Source: Antedon mediterranea
Lineage: Eukaryota; Animalia; Echinodermata
DNA: 64,000 nt
Assembly (NCBI RefSeq): GCF_964355755.1
Contig: NC_092674.1
Location: 20,522,001-20,586,000 of the forward strand
Reading direction: 5' to 3'
In this document: one piece after another, positions 49,699 to 63,598 of the stretch
Position numbering within the stretch: position 1 is the stretch's first letter
Layout of the letters: each line of letters opens with the position of its first letter
Notes under the pieces: generated by a model
Told to the model about the DNA's origin: nothing
Seen by the model: only the letters and a program-made list of their open reading frames with translations
Databases searched by the model: none
Translations under genes and position numbers: made by a program

Positions 49699-51407
49699 CA
49701 AATACTATTATTATTTACAGTGTACAGCTTTTATATAGCATTAATACAATTTCAATAGCATATAAACACCGAAAGGTTGACCCAGTACAAACACTGAATG
49801 TATAATTATACAAACAAATAAATGACAATTTTAATGCTTCCTTAATAGAATAAACCATGATTTTTTTTTATTGAGAAAGTCTTTCTATTTTATTGTGATA
49901 TACCGTCGTAATACTAATACCTGTAATGATAAATGCCTACCCCATATACTTCTTCAGGTACAGTAATAGTGGCTGCCATTTTCATCTTCATGCACAGGTA
50001 ACCGTTGCTGTCTTTTACTAACCATTCTGCAGGTGCCGTTCCCTCCACCATTGGCAGAAACGATAGGCCTACTGCTGTAGATATATATTTACATTCATTA
50101 TTTGTTAATACTGATGCCAATCATTTTATGAAATCACTTCGAACCATATTTAATGCTAGAAATGTAGGTCTATCTCTAAAGATAGATACTGTATACATTT
50201 TTTTAATATATTGTTTGTTTAATCAGGGAAGAGTGAACTTTTGACCATTGGATGGAAATAAAAACTAAAGAAAAAAATAGTCAATCGGAAGCACGGTTTC
50301 AAATTTACTTAGTTTCTAGTTAAGGTAACGGTTTATTTTTTTATCTTTATATTTGAATCATTTGTCATCTTTGTTTCAGAAAAATTGAATAACTTTATTA
50401 AAATCACAAACTAGTATATTCAAGGTTTGAATTTATTCATCTTTATTAATTGTTGTCAAACACATCTTTAAGCATATACATTGTCGCCTTTAAATAATAA
50501 TTTTTCTATGTATACCTAGATATCTATCTAAACCCAATTTTAATTAAAATAAATTTCAATTTAAAATTACTTTTATTTTCTTCATAGACGTATTTACAAA
50601 ACCTGTAGTTAGTCTAACAATATTCCCTAGAATTAATGATGACTTGTTGGTGCGTGTAAAGTGTATGTGATCGAGTAATGGCTTAACTCAGGTTACAGTA
50701 GGGCTAAGTAACTGTACACAGCATTATTGAATGAGATTTGATAGGTCTATCACGCTACATTCTGTTTCTATCTGGGGTGTGGATCAAAATTATAAGTTAT
50801 GGCTATACTTACCTATAAATACTACACATAACAGATGATGCTTTGTTGCGCTCTTCATTATGGTAGGGCTTCCAGTAATTCAACTAACTTACTTAGTTAG
50901 CTTCCTTATCAATCAAAAAATAGCCTATATTTCTTAAAATTATAACTTTTATGAATTCTACCAAAAATGAACTGTCGGCGAAATGCGGTTTGTTTACGAG
51001 CTCACTGTTGTTTCCGTGTAGTATGATCCGGAATGTATATTTACCCATGATTTTATAATCTTTGTAACCACTTTTACATCATGCGTGCGTAAATATAAAT
51101 GACCTGGCGTGCTTGCATTGCATTTTACTAATAACTACTTTTGTATCTACTAAAAAATAAAGCAGACATGACATTTTAGCCGTAAAGTATTGTTTATACA
51201 CTTAGGCTAGATGGTGTATAAAACCAAAAAAGACCGTCTTCACTCCTTCCATTATTGACAAAATTACAAGACCTAAAATTTCATTATATAGGTCTATTAC
51301 GATTTAAATAAATAACTATTGTATTAGCCTACATTCAAAAGGTATATATCGCTTACAATATTATTTTCCTACTCTACTACTACTGTACTACTCTACTACT
51401 ACTACTA

Positions 51408-54400
51408 TAGTCCAGTCAATCTAGTGATATTTAGAGGTAAACCCACCACAAATTGCAATAGTAATGAAACATTGATTTTTTCATTCCAAATGTACTTTAG
51501 AATGACATATTAAAAGTCACCGAAAATTGAAGCATTGGAACACATTATTTTTACGTAATCTCAACAACTATATAGCGATTTTATTCCGTAAATATTTTTG
51601 GGGTAGGGGGTAACATTTATGCCCATAACTTGTGGTTTTAAAATCCAATCTCAATAATCTTGATATCAATGTGTAGAATATATATTTCTTTCTAATATGC
51701 AATTTAAAAAAACAAAATATAACACCTATTTATATAACTAGAGGTCAAAAGGTTATTGACCTTTTACAAAAACTCATTTTTTTCCATAAAAAAATGATTA
51801 ACTGTAATATCGTATGCCATAATTGTGGATGCATTTAATCAAAATTGTGTTTTTTTTTTTACCTATCGATATATAAAATAGGAAACATGATGTTAACTAG
51901 GAGAATTTTAAAAGTAATGATGTACTATTCTTATTGAAATTGATTCTTGATCAAATGTAATGTAAACGATTTTGTGGTATGGGGTAGCGTTTATGCCTAT
52001 AATCCATTGTTTTATAATCATATCTAAATAGCTTTAGTACCAATGTGTATAGTATATATATCCTACTAATATACATTAAAAAAACAATTAATGCAACAGT
52101 TATACGTAACTAGAAGTCAACAGGTCATTGACCTTTTACAAAAACTCAAATTTTTCCTAACAAAATTATTAACTGCAATGTCTTATTCCATAATTGCCGA
52201 TGCATTTGATGAAACTTGTGTTTAGAGGTAACATTTATGCCAATAACATCTAAATAACAACAAATGAGTATAATATGTATTTCTTACCGTACTCTAAAAA
52301 CTAATTGATACAACAGTTGTTATGTTACTATAGAGGTCAATGACCTTTTACGAAAACTCAAATTTTCTTTTAAAAGCGTAAAACTAAATTATGTTTATTT
52401 ATATATTGGAAGTATTTGGTGCAAATAATGTTTTTCCTGTACCTATTGTATCGTCATGAAATAAGAAAAATGATGCTAACTAGAAGAACATTGAAATTCA
52501 TTAGCGGTATGTACTATTGCTGATTAATTAATGAGTCTTGATAATTTGGAATCAACTCATGATTTACTATAGATAGATGTTTGATGATTTTAGTATCAGC
52601 GAATGTACGTAATGACAAGTATTGGATCTCCCCAGGGTTGCGTCCTCTCTCCTCTCCTGTATATTATATACACGGATGACTGTCGCAGCAAACAGGACAA
52701 TAGTCATCTTGTCAAATTTGCTGACGACACTGTCTTGCTGTCTCTCCTTAAAAATTCACAGGACGGTCATGGCTCCGCATTAGATGGAACTCAATGTGAC
52801 CAAAACCAAGGAGATGATTGTAGATTGTAGGAAAGAGAAAGGACGCAGCCCTCTGGTATCCCTCATAAAGGACAAACCAGCAAAATTGTTCATTTCTTTA
52901 AATACCTAGGACAATCTCAGCTGGGAATTAAATACAGAGGCAATAGTAAAGAAAGGGCACCAGAGACTTTATCTGTTAAGGAAGCTGAACCATTTTAATG
53001 TCGATAAAGTAATTTTCAGGGTTTTTTATAATTCCTTTTTTGAGAACGTTTTAACTGTTTTACTTTATATGCTGGTTTTTTGGTCTTAGGGTCAAAGAGA
53101 GAAACTCACTACAAAGAATTGTTAATTTAAGTTCTAAATTAATAGGTTGTCAACTTCGTAGCTTATCTTCCTTCTGTGACATGCAAACTCTAGAAAAATG
53201 TAGAGCTATTCTAAAAAATGTTAACCATGCCTTGTTCAGTGATTTCAAGCTCATGCCTCATGGGCGTCGCTTTCGATGCCCGGCATGTAGAACACACCGT
53301 AAAAGAAATTCTTTTTTGCCAGTTGCCACCCGACTCTTAAATTCTTGAACTTTGACTCTTGTTATATTGTACTCATGTGTATTGTGATATTTTTGTATAT
53401 TTTGATCATTTTAATCCAGACCTTTTTATTTGAATTGCCCCGTGTGGGATGATATTGTTTAATCCTTCAAATAGAAAAAGACTCACAACTATGTCATCAG
53501 TATCACTTTCTTGTTCGGGTATCAGTTCAGTGCAATGCCGTTGCATTCACCACATGCAGTTACAGTTACCCCTGAAGGCTTCAAGGAGATACTCAGGTGC
53601 TGGCTTTAAGTCTGTGTGTAGAGGAACCATGCTTCCATCATCTGATCTTCCATCCCCAATCCTCGGTACACATATCAACCCCACTCCATTGCTAAAAGAT
53701 AACTTGAACTTGAACATGATGTTATGTACCTTGGTTGTGGTACGATTATGAAGTTATATATGCGAGGTTGTACTTGTAGATGGGATGGAGTCAAAGGCAT
53801 TCCACGTTGTTCAGGTCGTCCATTGTACAGACACACTAAATCATTTTCTCTAGCAACCACAATGTCATCCTTTGTAGCTTGTTTGCATCTGAAGACTACA
53901 GCATAATGTCAGAAATAAGTGCAATGACAAGCTTTTTTTAGAGCCACTTGTTTTCCTATTCCGGAAACTCTGGATGTTTTGTCACCAGTATCGCATGAGC
54001 AAACAGAAGGTTATCACAGATGTCTCTCAAAAGTACTGTTTGAACCAGTTTGATAGTCCAGCATCTCAATTCCAGTCTAAAGATTATCACAAGATGTTTG
54101 AATGATTGACTGCAGAAGAGCACTAGATAGATCCGTGTCATCGGATAATGACAGATGTTTTCCTGTTTGCTGATTCAATGTTTTTTTTGTACTATCCGAA
54201 ATAACATCTGCATCAGCAGCTGCATTCACTCATTGCCATTTTGTTCAAATACTAATTACGAAGATTTATAAATTTGTGTTTGTTACAGAAAGTGATCCTA
54301 TTTTGTGGAACATGTCACTGGTAAAATGTACAGGGATACTACCACCTGACCCGCCTTACCATGTGCGCCGTCTTTGGTGGATGAGCCGCTTTCATAATCA

Positions 54401-55713
54401 TCAAAGACTATGATGGCAGAGCAATATTTTTTACAGATCGCATCATAAGTCTCTACACTATTCCATGGAATGCTGTGCAGTAGAGCACTAACATCTAGAA
54501 TGTAGGCCTACTGGACATCATTCAGTGAGTTGGATGTGTTAGACTATTCATTGTTTCCACATGGCATCATGTTGATTTATTAGCTGAAAGTATTGTAAGT
54601 TGGTTGTTTCAAAAAGTTCTGGTGGATAACAAAGTTCATGTTCAAAAACTTCCTTGTTGTCACCTCGAGTCTCCTCTGGAACTGTAGGATCGATGCACAC
54701 ATATTTGCCTGTATGTACTTTATTTCCAGGATCTTTTTGAATACATTGCAAGACTTTCTGGCCTAACATCCGTCCAAAATATTCAATGCTTAATACCACA
54801 TTGCCAATATTCCGAGTCACCTGCAGTAACTCCCGTGTCAATAGGTATGAAGTCTCTGAGTCGTAACCAAATGGATTTTTCCATTGCTATTGTGTTCCTG
54901 ACGTGTGGCCATAAGTTCTTATGTTGGCCGCTGCTGGAGTAACGCCCTGATACTATTGCGAGGCATTACATTCAGCGCAGATTTGGTCTGGATGTACTCA
55001 TTCCTAAATCTCTTGTCAAACCTCTGGTTTTCTTTGAGGCTTATCATAGAAACCTTTTCAAACACCAGGTCTGTGACAATCTAGCCCAGATGGTCCAAAC
55101 GTCATACAACATGGAGGTAATTGTCAAACTGCTTTTGAACATCTTTGTATTTCTACTGGTTAAAAAATCGTTAAAATACTTACACATCCCAATATAAATA
55201 CTGTAACCATGGCAACACAAATTCCAACTGGAAAAAATGGAATGTAGATCATCCAGAAGGAACAGGAACTCATCTGCATCTTGAGCTGGTCATGTGTATC
55301 GCTTTGGACTGAAATGTTCACCCCAGGGTATCCCTGTGTGTATACCATTGTTGTTTACAGCGAAAACAACATTTTTAGCCAAAATTGACACATTATGTTG
55401 TGTTTTTCCGCAAAAAAGGACATGCTAAATATAATTTTATGACTAAGTTTGATATCACTGAATATGAAATTTAATAAGCTTTCGGATGACATAAATCACA
55501 CTTGTATATAATGTATTTCAAATGGTTAAATGTAATTAATGGGGCATATTAATTTTGACTTAAAATGACCTTTTTGACCTCTGACCCCTGACCCAATGCT
55601 TGGATTTTTGGTGACTTTTAGTATGTCGTTCTACACTTTATATGGAATTCAAAAATACTTGCTTTGTTACTATTGCAATTTGTGGTGGGTATATCATTAG
55701 ATTGACTGGACTA
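51408..55713 (-). mobile_element. Degenerate Academ DNA transposon
   Basis: TAGTCCAGTCAATCTA.TGATAT...ATATCATTAGATTGACTGGACTA TIRs with 3-bp TSD CTA; minus-strand transposase debris at 53480-55150 (VFEHELCYPP, NLLFAHAIL, Cys-rich end). Confidence 0.75.
52608..53452 (+). mobile_element. 5'-truncated Rex1/Babar-like LINE nested in the Academ element
   Basis: GSPQGCVLSPLLYIIYTDDC, VKFADDT, KKGHQRLYLLRKL, GRRFR...RNSFLPVA; frameshifted. Confidence 0.75.
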
Positions 55714-56326
55714 CTACTACTCTGATTAAGTACGCAGTTGTTATTACGTGTCATCCTACATACCTAAAAACATACACAAAAGACGATTCTTTGTTCTGGA
55801 CTCAATCAAGACGGTTTACAATAACTTTAAAATATAGTAATTTATAAAAGCACACCTTTTATCGGTACGGTTACAATATCACCAACGGTTCAGACAGTTT
55901 GATATAGGTCAATTCATTTGCAAATTTAGACTCCTTTTCAGCGTCGATTTTTCTGTAAACGTGTAATTATAAATGGATGTTGATTAACTATGGTTTCTGT
56001 ATATCATGAGAAAACAATAAATACGATGTCAATCGAGTTTCGGTCCCTTTGATGTTTTAATTGTTGTCTGGGATTTTCCCAACCAGTCCCCTTTCTCAAA
56101 AATGGTTTTCATTACACATGCGTATAGATAAATTAGTAGGTGACGTGTAGGTGACGTGTAGTACATTTTTGAACATTCATGTCATTTCCAGTTCATTTCT
56201 AGTTACGTATAGTTTAGACCTAATGTGAAACGGTACCGGTAATTATGTTTATTTTAAAAATACATGAACTCGGGATTTTAACTTGCAAAAGTCGAAAAGC
56301 AGCACTCCCCAGACAGAACTGTTTTC

Positions 56327-56895
56327 ACCTATACGTGTTGAAAGCACCAACCAAGCACCAAAAGCCTAATCTTTAGGAAGACATATATATAATAAAATTG
56401 CACAAGTGTAATTTTAAGACCAAAATAGGACCTACTTATCCAAACCAGGTCTTCGTCAGTATATTCAGCAGGAATTTTGGGTTCTCGATGATACAGTAAA
56501 AAATAAGGTGAATATTTTGTCGTCGTTTGAATTTTAGTATTTAAAGCAAATACGGCCGCATCCAGATATGCCTCCCAATTGTCTTGTTTGTCGTTTACTA
56601 CTAGAACTGTTTTCACCTATACGTGTTGAAAGCACCAACCAAGCACCAAAAGCCTAATCTTTAGGAAGACATATATATAATAAAAATGCACAAGTGTAAT
56701 TTTAAGACCAAAATAGGACCTACTTATCCAAACCAGGTCTTCGTCAGTATATTCAGCAGGAATTTTGGGTTCTCGATGATACAGTAAAAAATAAGGTGAA
56801 TATTTTGTCGTCGTTTGAATTTTAGTATTTAAAGCAAATACGGCCGCATCCAGATATGCCTCCCAATTGTCTTGTTTGTCGTTTACTACTAGAAG
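56327..56895 (-). repeat. 288-bp tandem duplication of an integrase fragment (paralog of 21615-21810)
   Basis: Two near-identical ORFs DNWEAYLDAAVFALNTKIQTTTKYSPYFLLYHREPKIP offset by 288 bp. Confidence 0.9.
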
Positions 56896-59353
56896 ATCAT
56901 CACACATATCTCCTATCATATATAACATCCATTGGCTACCCGTATAAAATATAAGATCCTTTTACTAACATTTAAAGCCCTACTTCTTAAACAACCTATC
57001 TTCTTGATCTTCTTTCCTCCTACACCCCTCTTGCTTGTTTTTGTTCGGCTGAACAAAACATACTGGTTGTTCCTATAAGAACACACCAAATCATATGGAC
57101 AAAGGTCGTATTTGTTCTCTACTACTTCTCTTTAAAATTCTCTCCCTCGACATATTACTAAATCAATCTATTGCTTTTTTTTTAAAAGAACTTAAAACGC
57201 ATCTTTATATCATAATACATCCTTTTATTTTGTTTAAAGATAAATTAATGTATTTATTGAGCTATTGTTAGATTTATTATTTTTCATTTTCTGTTGCAAC
57301 ATTGTCATCTATATTTCTAGATATAATGTGTGTATCATAATTATTCGTTATTATTATTATCACCATGTTCATAATCAACCCGAGCATCAACTGATGAAAT
57401 GTGTAGTCCCAGATGTGAATGAATACAAAGGCAAATAATAAACGCAGATGCAATATTTTGAAAATCTTTGAAATCTTTGAAGCATTTGATATAATATGAG
57501 ACATAATATGTATCATTCTGGTTATAAAACATAATATAGAGTTATAAAATCCAATGGTTTTGCAGTAATATTGATAAGTAGTTGATTCTGTATTATATTG
57601 CTCGTTGATTAGTGTTTGTAGCATAACAATGCACAGAGGAACATGTGGCGTGAAGTATTGTCAACTGAAACTCTGTCTTTTTTTATCATTTGCTGACGAT
57701 CTTTTTTTCAAGATCACTGCCATTGCTCGCATTTTATTGCTGGTGTCATTGGAACTGGCATCATTGGCAATGGCATCTGTCAATATCTTTAACTGTAGCA
57801 TCCTGGATTTCCTCTGCCAGTATTCTGTGGTGACCGATATTACGGATGCCTCGTCGAAGTCTGCGAAAAAGCCGTCTGAAAATACATCTGTAGAATTCTG
57901 GTTAGCAGGGGAATCGCCAGCCAAATTGTCTAAAAGGAATTAATACAACGTCGACATTTTGTTTTTAATAATATAGTACTATTTGTATTAGTAAATAAAA
58001 AAACATAATAAAATGTATGTTTATTTTTATATAATAAAATAAATCACCTTCGCTTGGCTTGCAGCTTGGAACGGCATTTTCGAAAGTCTTATTATTCTTT
58101 CCATCTGCCTTGTCAATGGTGACAACATAAATGCTGTAGCAAATAATTTCAGAGACCTGTCTGACTGCATTGATGTCAATCTCAACATCAGGGATGGTGT
58201 CGTCAATTTCAACATCAAGGATGGTGTTGTCGATCTTGCCATCGGTGAGAGGGTCATCAATATTGGCATCAGAGGCAGTTTTGTCAATCTTGGCGTTTGA
58301 GACGGCGTATTTAATCTTGGCATCGGGGAAGGTGTCAACAATCTTGACATCAGAGACATTGTTGTCAATCTTGTAGTTGAACACAGTGTCGTCAATATCA
58401 ATTTCAGAGATAGTGTTGTCAATCAAGGTGTTTATTACATCGACAGTCTTCATGCTGGTTGAGATAATGCCGGAGATGTACTCATCCACTGCATTTTTGT
58501 CAATGCCATTGGTGATATCATTGGAAGTGGCGATGTTTTTTGAGATTACACTATTTGCTAACTTTGTCCCTATTGATGATGGCAAGGCTATAAGGGACAA
58601 CATCTCCAATGTAATACTTCGCTTTTTTAGTGACCACGACAACATCTGGGGTACTATCGTCAAGAGGTATGTTATTGCCAAAGATCTCAATGGCTGCAGC
58701 TGCTGCCTTGATGCTAACATCCAGTTCACTGACCTTTCTTGTACTTTCTACATCTTCTTGCACATGATTTTAAATATCTTTAGAACCACTGATGCATTGA
58801 TTTACATCAATAATGTCATTCAAGTCTGTAAAATGCAAACATTGTAACGTTTTGTACATTATTACATCCATGTAGGGTTTTAAAAAAACTTGTGAAAATA
58901 AGAGAAATAATTAGATTGATTGTAATAAGTACCTGGAAGTGCATCATAAAATATTTCATCCTCATCATCGCTCTCATCATCGCTTTAATCACCAGCAAGT
59001 GATGGTTTTTACTTCTTCGGTATATCTTCAACTATTTTCTCAAAAAAACTTTCAAAACTATCTGTCATATTTTGAGTTGATTTTCCTGGAACTGGGATGT
59101 CTACTAAAAAATAACCATGTTCTTCTTAGGAAAGAATCGTTAATTGTTTACCACGCAAAAATGTAATTACATTACACTATGTAAAATTACTTGTAAAATG
59201 TATATAAAATTCATAAAACAGTCGAATGAGGCAATAAAAAATCAATTTAGGATCTGGTTACCAGTTGAGAAAAATCATGTTGATTGTGAGAGATGTACTA
59301 AATCCTATGAATAACAGAAAAAAAGAAATGGTACTATTGTATGTCCGTACAGT

Positions 59354-61272
59354 CGTATCCCGATATTCACCCCCTAGAAATTTACCCCTCGGAAAACTAC
59401 CCCCCGGACAACCACCACCTGGACCACTACCCCCTTAGGACAACTACCCCTTTAGGACAACTACCCCCCCCCCCCGGACAAATACACCCGGACAACTACC
59501 TCCTTAGGACAACAACCCCTTAGGACAACTACCCCCTGGACAACTACCCCACGGACAATTACCCCCTAGAAACAATTACCCCCCGGACAATTACCCCCCG
59601 GACAATTACCCCGCGGAAAACTACCTCTGACACAATACTCCCCGTAGGACAACTACTTCCTGGACAATACTCCGAGGGCAAATAATCTTTTAGGACAACT
59701 ACCTCCGTAGTACAACTATCCCCTGGACAACTACCCCCCGGACAATTACCCCCTAGGAACAATTACCCCCGGAGAATTACCCCCCCCCCCATGTAATTAC
59801 CCCGCGGACAACTACCTCTGACACAATACTCCCCGTAGGACAACTACCTCCTGGACCTGGACAATACTCCGAGGGAAAATAATCTTTTAGGACAACTAAC
59901 CCCTGGACAACTACCACCCAGACAACTATCCCTTTAGAACAACTACCCCCCGGACGGACAACTACCACCCAGACCATTCAACAACCTGACTCTGCAACAG
60001 TGTATAATAGGAATTAATAACTATATTTTAATTCGTTACTTTGACGAATTACTATTCATTATTGTAAACAAAAGTAAAAGATTGAACATAAATATAGCCT
60101 GGTATAAACTGAAGATTGTCACACATGATCATAGGATAGTCGAACGTATTATATAGTACTCCCTGTATTTACTGTAAAGACTGGGTTCGCTAATAATAAT
60201 AATAATTTTTGCGTCAGGACAATGGTTCGATAACCACTGGTCTTAAAAGAATTAATTTTTGTCTCAAATTTGTCATATATGTATTTTTGTACACTTGAAG
60301 AATAATATCACTTTTGATATTTGACCTCAATGTTCACTCACCGAATAAACGGCGATCTTTAAATAAATTCCCCTCAAATAAACGGTGACCATGTCACTCC
60401 CATGAAACATCATATGGAATAATCGGCGTCTATTTCCATTAGATTATACCCCCTCCCATCGAATAAACAACTTTCTTCCAATAAATGTCCACCTAAAAAC
60501 CACCTAAACAATAAACAGCCCAGGCCGTTTTTTCAATAAATACGGTACTTTAAATCTAGCACATCTAGGGTCTAGCGTGCTGTTAAACAGAATAATCGGT
60601 TAAAAACGGATGTTTCGAAACTAGAGACCCGTGACCAGAGACCCGAGACCCAATACGAAAAGGGAGACCTAAATATACGAAAAGGGAGACCCACGTACGA
60701 AAAGGGAGACCCCACTATACGAAAAGGGAGACCCCACTATACGAAAAGGGAGACCCTAATATACGAAAAGGGAGACCTAAATATACGAAAAGGGAGACCC
60801 AAATATGCGAAAAGGGAGACCCAAATATACAAAATGGGCCCGGAGACCCAAATATACGAAAAGGGAGACCCACTATAAGAAAAGGGAGACCCCACTATAC
60901 GAAAAGAGAGACAACACTATACGAAAAGGGAGACCCTAATATACGAAAAGGGAGACCCAAATATAGGTCTCCCTTTTCGTAGTGGGTCTCATGTCAGGTC
61001 TCTGGTCTCGGGTCTCTAGTTTCGAAACACCCGTTAAAAACAGATGATTTCATTTTTACAGAAACCGGTCCTATATATTTGTCTACTTTTGGATTGGGAG
61101 GCGGGGTAGTTGACCGGGGGTAGTTGACCGGGGGTAGTTATCCGGGGGGTAGTTATCCTAAGGGGTAGTTTTCCTAAGGGGGTAGTTGTCCGGGGGGTAG
61201 TTGTCCGGGGGTCGTTGTCCGGGTAGTAAACATCCGGGGGGTAACTGTCTAGGGGGTAGGTGTCCTAGAACC
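59354..61272. mobile_element. Mutator-like element, same family as 44848-46550
   Basis: 9-bp TSD CCGTACAGT (59345-59353, 61273-61281); single-copy empty site ACTGTACGG at 11639-11647 in gene X. Confidence 0.9.
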
Positions 61273-63187
61273 CCGTACAGTACCTGTCTATTGTTGTCCT
61301 GCATAAAGTTCTTATTTTTTACAGATACACCTCTTGTTTTGATGTTGCCAAAGAATTTCGCCCAGCCGATTATTTTGGGTGGCTTTTTTAACTTGTCCTC
61401 GTTTACAAAATTGTCATCACCTTGGATTGAATGCGCCATCGTTTTTGAACTTTTCTTTGCTGGTTTGGGTGAAACTGGTAGCTTAATCCATGTAATTACC
61501 CCGCGGACAACTACCTCTGACACAATACTCCCCGTAGGACAACTACCTCCTGGACCTGGACAATACTCCGAGGGAAAATAATCTTTTAGGACAACTAACC
61601 CCTGGACAACTACCACCCAGACAACTATCCCTTTAGAACAACTACCCCCCGGACGGACAACTACCACCCAGACCATTCAACAACCTGACTCTGCAACAGT
61701 GTATAATAGGAATTAATAACTATATTTTAATTCGTTACTTTGACGAATTACTATTCATTATTGTAAACAAAAGTAAAAGATTGAACATAAATATAGCCTG
61801 GTATAAACTGAAGATTGTCACACATGATCATAGGATAGTCGAACGTATTATATAGTACTCCCTGTATTTACTGTAAAGACTGGGTTCGCTAATAATAATA
61901 ATAATTTTTGCGTCAGGACAATGGTTCGATAACCACTGGTCTTAAAAGAATTAATTTTTGTCTCAAATTTGTCATATATGTATTTTTGTACACTTGAAGA
62001 ATAATATCACTTTTGATATTTGACCTCAATGTTCACTCACCGAATAAACGGCGATCTTTAAATAAATTCCCCTCAAATAAACGGTGACCATGTCACTCCC
62101 ATGAAACATCATATGGAATAATCGGCGTCTATTTCCATTAGATTATACCCCCTCCCATCGAATAAACAACTTTCTTCCAATAAATGTCCACCTAAAAACC
62201 ACCTAAACAATAAACAGCCCAGGCCGTTTTTTCAATAAATACGGTACTTTAAATCTAGCACATCTAGGGTCTAGCGTGCTGTTAAACAGAATAATCGGTT
62301 AAAAACGGATGTTTCGAAACTAGAGACCCGTGACCAGAGACCCGAGACCCAATACGAAAAGGGAGACCTAAATATACGAAAAGGGAGACCCACGTACGAA
62401 AAGGGAGACCCCACTATACGAAAAGGGAGACCCCACTATACGAAAAGGGAGACCCTAATATACGAAAAGGGAGACCTAAATATACGAAAAGGGAGACCCA
62501 AATATGCGAAAAGGGAGACCCAAATATACAAAATGGGCCCGGAGACCCAAATATACGAAAAGGGAGACCCACTATAAGAAAAGGGAGACCCCACTATACG
62601 AAAAGAGAGACAACACTATACGAAAAGGGAGACCCTAATATACGAAAAGGGAGACCCAAATATAGGTCTCCCTTTTCGTAGTGGGTCTCATGTCAGGTCT
62701 CTGGTCTCGGGTCTCTAGTTTCGAAACACCCGTTAAAAACAGATGATTTCATTTTTACAGAAACCGGTCCTATATATTTGTCTACTTTTGGATTGGGAGG
62801 CGGGGTAGTTGACCGGGGGTAGTTGACCGGGGGTAGTTATCCGGGGGGTAGTTATCCTAAGGGGTAGTTTTCCTAAGGGGGTAGTTGTCCGGGGGGTAGT
62901 TGTCCGGGGGTCGTTGTCCGGGTAGTAAACATCCGGGGGGTAACTGTCTAGGGGGTAGGTGTCCTAGAACCCCGTACAGTACCTGTCTATTGTTGTCCTG
63001 CATAAAGTTCTTATTTTTTACAGATACACCTCTTGTTTTGATGTTGCCAAAGAATTTCGCCCAGCCGATTATTTTGGGTGGCTTTTTTAACTTGTCCTCG
63101 TTTACAAAATTGTCATCACCTTGGATTGAATGCGCCATCGTTTTTGAACTTTTCTTTGCTGGTTTGGGTGAAACTGGTAGCTTAATC
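59789..63187. repeat. 1699-bp direct tandem duplication
   Basis: Constant offset of 1699 (59791/61490; 61261/62960); covers most of the Mutator element and part of pseudo-X exon 2; CC microhomology at the junction. Confidence 0.92.
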
Positions 63188-63598
63188 CTGTGCCGAGGAC
63201 GTTCAACCTTTGGCTTAACTGCCAAATCATTGATGCTGGCCTTCGTAGCATCGTCTCCTTGTGCATTTGTCTTCCCACAGAAACTGGATATTGGTTTTAG
63301 TCCTTGGATGACAGGCCCCAACGTTTCGCTGACAATTATGTCTGCAAATATTAAAAAAGAATAAAGTACACTGTAAAGCTAGCTACCTAGACAATTTATC
63401 TTTTTGCCACACAAAATTAATATAGGTCTATCCTAATGGGTGAATACTTCCACAGCAAAGAAATTTATCGTTTCCAAAAAAAATGTCATTCATTTCAACT
63501 ATTATTTCTATTTATATAAAAAGTTCCTAAACGATTTCTCTACTCATCACGGTTCAACCTTTTCCATTGTTTTTACGCAATATAGCTTAATTAAAGAT

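Larger units (their letters stand above)
46565..50858 (-). pseudogene. LAMP-like gene D, five exons with exon 4 disrupted (pseudogene or exon-skipping gene)
   Basis: Exons 50858-50813, 50074-49941, 49153-48955 (GC donor AG/GCAAGT), 47120-46960 and 46734-46565. Exon 4 is 161 nt (frameshift) and has TAA at 47002-47000 in place of the Q of the QP motif; the other exons are open. Confidence 0.8.
57609..63567 (-). pseudogene. Pseudogene copy of gene X
   Basis: Exon 1 has a 5-nt deletion (MEKVEP*) and donor GT>AT. In-frame TAA near 58986, frameshifts in exons 4 and 5, a Mutator insertion at the exon 2 donor and a partial exon 2 duplication. Confidence 0.85.

Noticed and set aside
59341-59977. Pro-rich and Val/Gly-rich ORFs (also 44805-44996, 46003-46302)
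   Set aside because: Translations of transposon terminal repeats.
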